NCBI GenBank assembly: GCA_963644615.1
Contig: CAVIPP010000001.1
Span: 31,120-74,636, forward strand
Length of the DNA: 43,517 nucleotides
Direction of reading: 5' to 3'
Source of the DNA: Oscillospiraceae bacterium
Lineage (GTDB): Bacteria; Bacillota_I; Bacilli_A; RFN20; CAG-826
The notes under the pieces are model-generated. The model saw nothing but the letters and a program-made list of their open reading frames with translations, searched no databases and had not been told where the DNA came from. Position numbers and translations under genes: made by a program. This document shows positions 9,358-17,440 of this stretch, piece after piece. Numbering within the stretch: position 1 is the first letter of the stretch; each line of letters begins with the position of its first letter.

Positions 9358-10014
9358 ATGTCCAAAAAAACAAAAATAACCGAGAAAAGTAGATCATTAT
9401 GGAAGGATTTTAAAGCTTTCATTTCTAAGGGATCTGTTCTTGACATGGCTGTCGGTGTTATCATCGGCGGTGCATTTGGTGCGATTGTCACCGCGACAGT
9501 AAACATTTTATTAAGTGTCTGTACTTGGGCTGTTCCTGGAGGAATTAAAGGATTAGTTACAGTTTTACCTGCTGTTAATGAATCACAAAAAGGTGTTGAA
9601 GGAATCGGACAAAAATTCGATATGAGTCAATTAAAAGAAATGACCGAAAAATATGCAGGATCAAAAGACATTTTATTAACTGACGAAAACTACGCTGCTA
9701 TGGAACAAGCATTAACAAGTAAGTACACACTTCACGGCACAACTTATTATTTTAATGGTTCATCCTTAATCGATTGGGGAACATTAATTAATGCAATTAT
9801 TTCGTTTTTAATCATTGCAATAGTTTTATTTATTATCGTTCGCGTTGTTGCGTCGCTTAAGAAGAAAAAAGCTGAAATTGATGCAAAATTACTTGAAGAA
9901 TATTATATAAAACATCCAGAAGAAAGACCTGCACCTGTTGAACCAGCAGCGCCTCAACCAACTGAAACTGAACTTCTCATTCAAATTCGCGATTTATTAA
10001 AGGATAAGAAATAA
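9358..10014 (+). CDS. mscL: large-conductance mechanosensitive channel MscL with an unusually long loop
   Basis: The TM1 signature GSVLDMAVGVIIGGAFGAIV and the C-terminal helix ELLIQIRDLLKDKK both match canonical MscL. I start at ATG 9358 (MSKKTK, AGAGG SD), not the TTG at 9334. The protein is 218 aa, against about 130-150 aa for typical MscL. Confidence 0.88.
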   Translation: MSKKTKITEKSRSLWKDFKAFISKGSVLDMAVGVIIGGAFGAIVTATVNILLSVCTWAVPGGIKGLVTVLPAVNESQKGVEGIGQKFDMSQLKEMTEKYAGSKDILLTDENYAAMEQALTSKYTLHGTTYYFNGSSLIDWGTLINAIISFLIIAIVLFIIVRVVASLKKKKAEIDAKLLEEYYIKHPEERPAPVEPAAPQPTETELLIQIRDLLKDKK

Positions 10015-10025
10015 ATAAACGAATT

Positions 10026-10337
10026 ATGACTGCTCTTGAAAAGATTGAATTTATATTAAAAACACTGAAGTGGTCTGAAAAAAGATTTACCAGAAAATTT
10101 TACTTAAAATCTGATTCATTAGAAAATTGGAGAAATGGAAACAATATTCCAAATGAATCAGACGTTAAAAACATTTGTAAATATTTCAAACTAAATATAA
10201 AAGATTTTTTAAATGAAGATCGTGTTATCTTTTTGAAAAACTCTGATAAATTTTGTAGTTTTTCAATGAATGAAGAAAGCACTGTTCCAGAAGACTTTCC
10301 AAGAGAAGATAATTCTCGTTATGAAGAGAAAGATTAA
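10026..10337 (+). CDS. small XRE/Cro-like helix-turn-helix protein (putative)
   Basis: 103 aa. The segment WSEKRFTRKFYLKSDSLENWRNGNNIPNESDVKNICKYFKLNIKDFL has the spacing of an HTH_XRE domain (...NWxxG...P), followed by an acidic tail. Confidence 0.45.
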   Translation: MTALEKIEFILKTLKWSEKRFTRKFYLKSDSLENWRNGNNIPNESDVKNICKYFKLNIKDFLNEDRVIFLKNSDKFCSFSMNEESTVPEDFPREDNSRYEEKD

Positions 10338-10375
10338 TTTATAATTAACCTTTTATAAAAACATTCTAATTATTA

Positions 10376-10408
10376 ATCAAAAATAGCGGCACAGAAAAGC
10401 CGCTATTT
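10376..10408. terminator. hairpin terminator between convergent genes (ends the long minus-strand operon)
   Basis: 10-bp stem aaatagcggc(10381-10390)/gccgctattt(10399-10408). On the minus strand it is followed by TTTTT. Confidence 0.7.
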
Positions 10409-10428
10409 CAGTGTTTACTAATGATAAA

Positions 10429-11553
10429 TTATTCTATTGTCCAATCTGTGTGTGCCTTTTTAACAAAATCAAGAGCCTCTTTATATAACTCTTCTTCGAC
10501 TTTAAGTCGAGCAGGAAGAGTTCTCTTCATTGCTTTTGTTTTGCACGAATTAGCATAATTCACTTCAGCGTTAGATTCGTCTAATATACCAGCGATTAAA
10601 ACATATGCTCTTATAGATTCCATAGATAAATCGTTTGAAATAAATCTACGAATTTTATCATCGACATTCTCATCATAATATTTTTGAGCTTCATCTTTAG
10701 GAAGAGTCATGATCTTGATATATAGTTTTTGAGCAATGAGTCGATTATATGTTGTAGACGAAATCTTCTCTTTTGAAACAATAATTGTGTCTATCATTTT
10801 TTCAGCATTTTCAAACTCGTGCTTTCCCAGTTTTTCATAAATAGACATCAAGTTGATAGCGGTGGTGAATTCAGTAATTTCATCAAAAACCTTAATTGAA
10901 TCAACTTGTTTACCTTCGCGCTGCAAATTTTCAACTCTCATTAGTTCGTTATATGCTTCAACATTGATTGGTTTTGTAATTAAAGTTAAACGATATCCAT
11001 CGGTCATAGCATCAAGTCTGGCCGGGAAGAAATTATATAGAGCAATCATTGAACTAACAGTCACATAAATAATAGCAAACAATGCGATGATAGTTTTCCA
11101 ACTCTCCGAAGAGCTTCCTTTAAATAGTGAATAGATAACAATTCCGAGAATAAGTTCGACTAAATAACCTAATAGTGGAAACCATACGTAGGCATGAGGT
11201 TTAGATTTTTCACTCTTAGGTGCTAAAACGGTTTCGCCTGTGAGTCCATCAAATGATTTAAATCCAAATTTCCATTTACCTAGCGATTTATAAATAGCTA
11301 GGCCGAAAACATTGAACATAACAATGCTATAGCCACCAAGTTTGCCACCGAGAACGTGCAGAGTTTCAAGTAATAAAGCGTTAACAAATAAAGCACTTAA
11401 GATAATGAGTAATGTCCATAAGTATGGCATGAATTTAGATCCACCAAAAGGATTTGGATCAAATAATGTTCTAATAACAAAAATGCCAATTATTATCGCA
11501 ATGGCAAACATCAAGATATATATAATAAAACCTGCAATATCTGACTTTTTCAT
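10429..11553 (-). CDS. polytopic membrane protein, site-2-protease (M50)-like with a degenerate metal-binding motif, plus a helical C-terminal domain
   Basis: 374 aa with about 5 N-terminal TM helices. NFFPARLDAMTDG resembles the S2P NxxPxxxLDG motif. The position expected for HExxH reads LETLH. A GGGAGG SD precedes the start. Confidence 0.4.
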   Translation of the reverse strand: MKKSDIAGFIIYILMFAIAIIIGIFVIRTLFDPNPFGGSKFMPYLWTLLIILSALFVNALLLETLHVLGGKLGGYSIVMFNVFGLAIYKSLGKWKFGFKSFDGLTGETVLAPKSEKSKPHAYVWFPLLGYLVELILGIVIYSLFKGSSSESWKTIIALFAIIYVTVSSMIALYNFFPARLDAMTDGYRLTLITKPINVEAYNELMRVENLQREGKQVDSIKVFDEITEFTTAINLMSIYEKLGKHEFENAEKMIDTIIVSKEKISSTTYNRLIAQKLYIKIMTLPKDEAQKYYDENVDDKIRRFISNDLSMESIRAYVLIAGILDESNAEVNYANSCKTKAMKRTLPARLKVEEELYKEALDFVKKAHTDWTIE

Positions 11554-11563
11554 AATACCTCCC

Positions 11564-12742
11564 TTAGAGTGAAGCTTCTAACATAGAAGTTAATTCCTCT
11601 TCATTTAGTGTTTTGATTGTTTTTTGGCCAATCAAACGTGTACCGTTTAAACTCATCAACTTCACTAATGCGGGAATATCACTTTTTGTGAAGTTTAATT
11701 CACTTAAAGTGACTGGCATACCAATATTTTTAAAGAAATCCTTCAAATATTGTATACCAATTTTAGCACACTCATCTTTATCAGCAACATTAATGTTGAA
11801 GACCTCTTTCGAAAACCGAACAAATTTATCAATATCATATTTATAAACATAATTCATCCAGGCTGGAATAAGAACTGCTAATCCTGCACCGTGAGCGATA
11901 CTAATATCGTACCCACTAAGAACATGCTCCATCATGTGAATTGGGAATTTATAATTTTTACCAAGTCCTGTAAGCCCGTTATGCGAGTAAGAACTATCGA
12001 GCATCATGACCGCTCTTGCATCATAATTATTTGGTTCATTTAAACAAATAGGGCCAACATTAATCATATCTTTAATGATTGCTAGAGCCAGAGAATCTGA
12101 AAATTCATATTTATCTGATGGACTAAAATATCTTTCTAATGAATGGGAAATAATATCAACTATTCCACATCCTGTTTGATATTTATTGACACTATAAGTT
12201 AATTCTGGATTACAAATTGCGAATAAAGGTTTATTTAAATCGTGATTAAAACCTTGCTTGATTCCGGTTTTGTCATCCATCATTACACAAGAGTTTGATA
12301 ATTCCGATCCAGATGCAGAAATTGTTAATATAACTCCAACAGGAAGTGCTTTATTAGGTTGTACTTTATGTAAATTGAAATCAAATATATCTCCATCATA
12401 GAAATAACCAACCGCGATCGATTTAGCGGTATCAATGACAGAGCCGCCTCCAATAGCAAGCACCATTTCTAAATTATATTCATGGCAAAACTTAACACCT
12501 AGTTTCGCTAATGAGATTTCTGGGTTTGCTCTAACTCCACTAACTTCAAAATGAATAATTCCATGATTGTCGAGTTTAGAAACAACTTTGTCATATAACC
12601 CACTTTTCTTAATAGATGCTTTTCCATAAACAATAAGGATACGTTTATATCCATAAGAAGAAATAATATCAGCAATTCCTTCTTCTTTTGATTTACCAAA
12701 ATATATTTTTGTAGGTGAAACAAAATTAAAATCAATCATCAT
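11564..12742 (-). CDS. iron-containing (group III) alcohol dehydrogenase, butanol-dehydrogenase/YqhD-like
   Basis: 392 aa with the GGGSVIDTAK nucleotide motif and metal-site His residues (HSLERY, HMMEHVLS...HGAGLA). Confidence 0.9.
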   Translation of the reverse strand: MMIDFNFVSPTKIYFGKSKEEGIADIISSYGYKRILIVYGKASIKKSGLYDKVVSKLDNHGIIHFEVSGVRANPEISLAKLGVKFCHEYNLEMVLAIGGGSVIDTAKSIAVGYFYDGDIFDFNLHKVQPNKALPVGVILTISASGSELSNSCVMMDDKTGIKQGFNHDLNKPLFAICNPELTYSVNKYQTGCGIVDIISHSLERYFSPSDKYEFSDSLALAIIKDMINVGPICLNEPNNYDARAVMMLDSSYSHNGLTGLGKNYKFPIHMMEHVLSGYDISIAHGAGLAVLIPAWMNYVYKYDIDKFVRFSKEVFNINVADKDECAKIGIQYLKDFFKNIGMPVTLSELNFTKSDIPALVKLMSLNGTRLIGQKTIKTLNEEELTSMLEASL

Positions 12743-13281
12743 TTATTTCCTTTTGACTTATTTAAATCAAGCAAATACTGTTTTGAAAAATAATCCCAAA
12801 TAGTAGAAAATCTTTTTAATATTTGAGATGGTTTTTCTTTACGCTTCGAAGATATATAGAAAAATAGTTCATTTGAAACAAGATTTGACACATATCTATT
12901 AATGATAAATGCATCATTAGTGTTAATTTTGTATTTGCTTAAAAATTGTGAAACCTTGCGGTAATAATTAGAAAAGAAAAATTCTTTTATTTTATCTGAC
13001 GCATAAGATTTGGAAATCTTTGAAAGAAAACTATAATTTGAATTTATATATGCAATTATTAGTTTATTATATGAATCAAAATCGTTTGCTTTTTTAGAAA
13101 CATCGATTTTCTCTTTTAAAAATATATTTTCAACGACATCTGAAATATCTCGATAATGATAATAAAAAGTTTGTCGATTTGAGTGAGTGAACTCGCAAAG
13201 TAAAACGACATTTATTTCATCAAGTGAATATTTCTTAAGAAGTTCTTTAAGTCCTTCACGATATTTGGCTTCAGTTTTCAT
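12739..13281 (-). CDS. TetR-family-like regulator of the DhaS (dihydroxyacetone-kinase regulator) type
   Basis: 180 aa. The N-terminal HTH region is LDEINVVLLCEFTHSNRQTFYYHYRDISDVVENIF (the RxTFYYHY motif of the DhaS-like subgroup, from memory). ATGA overlaps occur at both ends. Confidence 0.6.
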   Translation of the reverse strand: MKTEAKYREGLKELLKKYSLDEINVVLLCEFTHSNRQTFYYHYRDISDVVENIFLKEKIDVSKKANDFDSYNKLIIAYINSNYSFLSKISKSYASDKIKEFFFSNYYRKVSQFLSKYKINTNDAFIINRYVSNLVSNELFFYISSKRKEKPSQILKRFSTIWDYFSKQYLLDLNKSKGNK

Positions 13282-14183
13282 TTTTCTAATTTAGAAAGTT
13301 CTAAGGCAACTTTAGCTCCAAGATTAGCGTTGTTAAGAACTAGTTTGATGTTTGATTCTAATGAGTCTCCATTAGTTAATTCAACAATTGTTTTTAACAA
13401 GAATGGAGTAACGTCTTTTCCTTTAATTCCTTTTTCGTCAGCCATTTTTAAAGCTTTATCAATCGCAGAATTAATTATTTTTTCATCCATTGCATATTCA
13501 ACTGGAATAGGATTAGATACCAAGATTCCTCCATCTAGTTTGTTGTCTCTTTTCGCTTTAATTATTTGGGCTATTTCAAGTGGAGAGGAAATGACATTTT
13601 CCATTTTGATTCCTGAATGTCTAGTATAAAAATCCGCGAATTCGTCTGATTGATAAGATAAGACAGGTACACCTTTTGTTTCTAATATTTCTAACGTGAG
13701 ATTTAAATCTAATATCGCTTTAACGCCTGCCGAAACGACAGTGACATTTGTTTTGGCAAGCTCTTCTAAATCAGCGGATATATCAAAACTTTCTTGTGCG
13801 CCTCGATGCGCTCCACCGACACCACCAGTGACGAAAACTTCTATTCCTGCCATATTAGCTAATATCATAGTTGCTGCAACAGTAGTAGCGCCCCACTCTT
13901 TTTTAGCAATGACAATTGGCAAATCTCTTCGAGAAACTTTTTTAATTCCCTGACGCTTTCCGAATTCTTCAATTTGGGTTTTTGACATACCAATAATAGG
14001 TTCACCATCAATAATTCCGATTGTCGCAGGTATTGCTCCATTATCGCGAATTGTTTGTTCAACAAGTAAAGCAGTCTCAACATTTTTTGGATAAGGCATT
14101 CCATGAGAAATAATTGTAGATTCAAGCGCAACAACAGCTAACCCACTATTTAATGCGTCTTTAACTTCTTTTGATATTATCAT
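13278..14183 (-). CDS. psuG: pseudouridine-5'-phosphate glycosidase
   Basis: 301 aa. VVALESTIISHGMPYP, VSRRDL and TGGVGGAHRG are typical of IndA/PsuG. Confidence 0.92.
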   Translation of the reverse strand: MIISKEVKDALNSGLAVVALESTIISHGMPYPKNVETALLVEQTIRDNGAIPATIGIIDGEPIIGMSKTQIEEFGKRQGIKKVSRRDLPIVIAKKEWGATTVAATMILANMAGIEVFVTGGVGGAHRGAQESFDISADLEELAKTNVTVVSAGVKAILDLNLTLEILETKGVPVLSYQSDEFADFYTRHSGIKMENVISSPLEIAQIIKAKRDNKLDGGILVSNPIPVEYAMDEKIINSAIDKALKMADEKGIKGKDVTPFLLKTIVELTNGDSLESNIKLVLNNANLGAKVALELSKLEK

Positions 14184-16702
14184 TAACGCACCAACCTCTT
14201 TTCACGATAATTTACGAATAAATTGAGTAAATATTTAACTAAGTAAGTTAAACCAATGCAACATGGAATTGATAAAAGGAAAACAATTAATCCAATCCAC
14301 CATGGGAAGTTATTAATTGACATTATTGAATAATTAATTGCAAGCATAAATGAAACGTCACAGCCATTAACTACTTTAACAGGCAAAACGACTGCATCTA
14401 ACAATATCGCTAGAGCTGATAAAATTGTTACAGCAACAAACAAGACAATTCTAAAAACATCAAATGGTCGACAAACCTGGAATAAAACAATAAAGCTATA
14501 GGCTGTAAAAGCAAGTGTTGCTAACGAGATGGCACCTTCTTCACTTAAGAAGTTTGGATTTACCCAACTAATTATCAAAATAGATAAAGTCACAAATACA
14601 ACACTCAAACCATTTGGAATAGCTTTTCGCAAGATATTAACAATAAACCAGCCTGTTAATCTTTCGTCGTTTGGTTGGAATGTTAAGAAGAGCGAAGATA
14701 TACCAATTGTTGCAAATTCCCAAATAAATAAATTTGGTGTAACAAATGGGAAGATATTAACACCTGGCTGAATCCATGCTCTTATGAGACACACTAGTGT
14801 GACAAGCATTGCAAAAATCGTTTTGACTAAGAATAACGAGCATGTTCTTTGTAAATTGTTTATAACTCTTCTACCTTCTGAAACTACTTGAGGTAATGTT
14901 GAGAAATTGGAATCAAGAGAAACTAGGTGAGAAACATTTCTTGCTGCAGCGGATCCACTTGCCATAGCAATGGAACAATCTGCACTTTTAAGTGCGAGAA
15001 TATCATTAACGCCATCACCAGTCATTGCAACTGTGTGTTTTAAATTACGTAATGAAGTAACAAGTGCTTCTTTTTGCTCTGGACTCACTCTTCCAAAGAC
15101 AGTATATTTATCAGCTAAAGTTTTCACTTCATCAAGAGATACACCTTCTAAAGATATATATTTATCAGCATCATTAACTCCAACTTTTTGAGCGATTTTA
15201 GAAACGCTTAATGCGTTATCACCAGAAATTATTTTTATTTGCACATTATTATCTTTAAACCATCGAATGTTTTCATAGGCATCATCACGAATATGGTCAG
15301 TAAGAAGTACAATACCAACAATCTCAAATTGAGGTAAATCTTCAAAAGACATAACAGGTTTATTGCTTCTGCCTACAACTAGAACTCTTTCAGCGTTTTG
15401 TTCGTGTTTTTCACATATCTTATCAATTTGTTTATCTTTATGAGGAACAAATTCACGAGCGCCTAGTACGTAAGAAAAACCGTTATTTGCTAAAATCATC
15501 GACATTTTTTTCGCTGAATTAAAAGCAAATGATTTACCAACTTCAAAAGTTTCTATATCTTTATATTCTTTGCTAATAGCATGCGCTGTGGCGTTATCGT
15601 CTTTAGTGGCATTAACAATTGAGAACGCTATTTTAATAACATCTTCTTTTGAAAAATTCTGACAAGGAATAACATCATTAACGCTCATGGTTCCGTCAGT
15701 TAATGTACCAGTTTTATCTAAACAAAGAACATCTACTCTAGCTAACATCTCAATACAATAAAGTTCTTGAACTAGCATATGTCGACGAGCAAGTTTAATA
15801 ACTCCTAGAGCAAGTGTAGAGGACGTAAGTAAATACATGCCTGTTGGAAGCATTGAAACAAGAGAACCTGCAATAGCCTTAATAGACTCTTGAGAATTAG
15901 GAGAATATAAAGGCCAAGAAAAATTGTTTTGGCTTACAAATGTGATTACTAAGGCAGTGGCAAAAACAATAACGGCAATACCAATTACTTTAAAAATAAA
16001 GTTTAAGCTAGTAATGATTTGAGATTTAGGACGCTTGAATGATTTAGCTTTCTCTTGAAGTTTTTCGACATAATTGGCTTTCCCTACCTTACAAACTATA
16101 GCTTTAGCGTGCCCACTAGTAACATAAGAGCCAGAATAAATAGTTGAACCAGCAACCTTTTTGACATCAACTGATTCTCCAGTCAATAATGATTCGTTAA
16201 CTTCGATCTCACCTTCAACAATTCTACTATCCGCTATAATTTGATCACCTTGATTTAAAAGAACAATATCAGATAGAACAACCTCATTAGAATCAATCTC
16301 TAAGGTTTTTCCTTCACGAACAACTTTTACTTTTGAATCAGTGACAACCTTTAATGAATCAACGAGTTTTCGAGCATGAATATCTTGGAAAAAACCAATT
16401 AAAATATTCGCCATCAAAATGAATAAAAAGAAATAATATTTTATATCACTAAAATCATCGAAAGCTATATGCGCAAAAAGAAGAAACGCTCCTATGGTAA
16501 ACAAAAGTATGTTAAAGAAATTTAAAAAATTATCGACAAAGATTTTAAAAAAAGATTTAGATACTCGTTTTGGCGATTTATTTATTAATCCGTTATCAAT
16601 TCTATCTTGAACATCACTGTTTGATAGGCCGTTTTCAGGATTAACATCTATGTGTCTTGCGCTATCAATTTTTAATTCAATTTTGTTTTGTGATTCGCTC
16701 AT
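14183..16702 (-). CDS. cation-translocating P-type ATPase (P2-like, HAD-IC), specificity unknown
   Basis: DKTGTLT phosphorylation site, TGES actuator motif (LTGESVDV), and hinge MTGDGVNDILALK. I start at ATG 16702 (MSESQNK); the track start at 16711 is a TTG. Confidence 0.9.
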   Translation of the reverse strand: MSESQNKIELKIDSARHIDVNPENGLSNSDVQDRIDNGLINKSPKRVSKSFFKIFVDNFLNFFNILLFTIGAFLLFAHIAFDDFSDIKYYFFLFILMANILIGFFQDIHARKLVDSLKVVTDSKVKVVREGKTLEIDSNEVVLSDIVLLNQGDQIIADSRIVEGEIEVNESLLTGESVDVKKVAGSTIYSGSYVTSGHAKAIVCKVGKANYVEKLQEKAKSFKRPKSQIITSLNFIFKVIGIAVIVFATALVITFVSQNNFSWPLYSPNSQESIKAIAGSLVSMLPTGMYLLTSSTLALGVIKLARRHMLVQELYCIEMLARVDVLCLDKTGTLTDGTMSVNDVIPCQNFSKEDVIKIAFSIVNATKDDNATAHAISKEYKDIETFEVGKSFAFNSAKKMSMILANNGFSYVLGAREFVPHKDKQIDKICEKHEQNAERVLVVGRSNKPVMSFEDLPQFEIVGIVLLTDHIRDDAYENIRWFKDNNVQIKIISGDNALSVSKIAQKVGVNDADKYISLEGVSLDEVKTLADKYTVFGRVSPEQKEALVTSLRNLKHTVAMTGDGVNDILALKSADCSIAMASGSAAARNVSHLVSLDSNFSTLPQVVSEGRRVINNLQRTCSLFLVKTIFAMLVTLVCLIRAWIQPGVNIFPFVTPNLFIWEFATIGISSLFLTFQPNDERLTGWFIVNILRKAIPNGLSVVFVTLSILIISWVNPNFLSEEGAISLATLAFTAYSFIVLFQVCRPFDVFRIVLFVAVTILSALAILLDAVVLPVKVVNGCDVSFMLAINYSIMSINNFPWWIGLIVFLLSIPCCIGLTYLVKYLLNLFVNYREKRLVR

Positions 16703-16784
16703 ATATTGCAATTTAAAAGTTTAACTTTTCTCAACAAGTATATCTAAATTATAAAATTCATACAATGTAAAGGAATTTAACAAA

Positions 16785-17240
16785 CTAGAATTTTCTTTTG
16801 TTTTTAAAATAATTTTTAATGATTGAGGAGCATTCGCTTTCTAGAATTCCACCAACAATTTCTGGATGATGATTAATATTTGTGGAATCAAATAAGTGAA
16901 AAGAAGAAACTATCGCTCCACCTTTAGTGTCTTTAGCGCCATAAACAACTTTATCAAATCTTGACCACATTATTGCTCCAGCGCACATAGTGCAGGGTTC
17001 AATAGTTATATATATTGAGCATCCATTTAGTCGCCAATTTGATAATTTTTTGCATGCTTTTCTAATAGCTATTATTTCAGCGTGCATTGTAGAATCTTTT
17101 TTTGTTTCTCTTAGATTATGACCACGAGCGATAATCTTATTATCTTTAACAATAACACAGCCAACAGGAACCTCATCAATCACTTGAGCTTTATACGCCT
17201 CTTTAATGGCCGCTAACATATATTTTTCGTCGTTATTCAT
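16785..17240 (-). CDS. tadA: tRNA adenosine(34) deaminase
   Basis: CDA-fold Zn motifs HAEIIAI and PCTMCAGAI. The track start (17255) lies inside the closing helix of the SRP RNA, so I prefer the ATG at 17240 (MNNDEKY). The start remains uncertain. Confidence 0.88.
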   Translation of the reverse strand: MNNDEKYMLAAIKEAYKAQVIDEVPVGCVIVKDNKIIARGHNLRETKKDSTMHAEIIAIRKACKKLSNWRLNGCSIYITIEPCTMCAGAIMWSRFDKVVYGAKDTKGGAIVSSFHLFDSTNINHHPEIVGGILESECSSIIKNYFKNKRKF

Positions 17241-17247
17241 ATTATTT

Positions 17248-17328
17248 AAAACCATCGCACAAACACAAGATACTTAAGGCTGCTATGTTCCCATCCTGAC
17301 CTGGTTCGTAGTTATGTATCGCGATGGC
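17248..17328 (-). ncRNA. ffs: small signal-recognition-particle RNA (4.5S / scRNA, minimal form)
   Basis: The minus strand reads GCCAUCGCGAUACAUAACUACGAACCAGGUCAGGAUGGGAACAUAGCAGCCUUAAGUAUCUUGUGUUUGUGCGAUGGUUUU. It contains the universal domain IV core ACCAGGUCAGG-AUG-GGAA(tetraloop)-CAU-AGCAGCC (compare E. coli ACCAGGUCAGGUCCGGAAGGAAGCAGCC). The closing helix is CCAUCGC/GCGAUGG, followed by U4. Confidence 0.85.
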
Positions 17329-17334
17329 GAAATA

Positions 17335-17340
17335 ATTATA
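17335..17340 (-). promoter_or_regulatory. -10 box (TATAAT) upstream of the SRP RNA
   Basis: attata at 17335-17340 on the plus strand is TATAAT on the minus strand, 6 nt upstream of the G at 17328 that begins the closing helix. There is no good -35. Confidence 0.35.
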
Positions 17341-17390
17341 TAAAAAGTTTCTCAAAAAGAAAATAAGACAGAAACATAAGTTATCTATTT

Positions 17391-17420
17391 TAAAAAAGCC
17401 CAAGAGTAAAACTCTTGAGC
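17391..17420 (-). terminator. intrinsic terminator of serS
   Basis: The minus strand reads gctcaagag-tttta-ctcttgggc followed by TTTTTT (9-bp stem with one mismatch). Confidence 0.75.
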
Positions 17421-17440
17421 AAATTCTAATTATTATTTTT

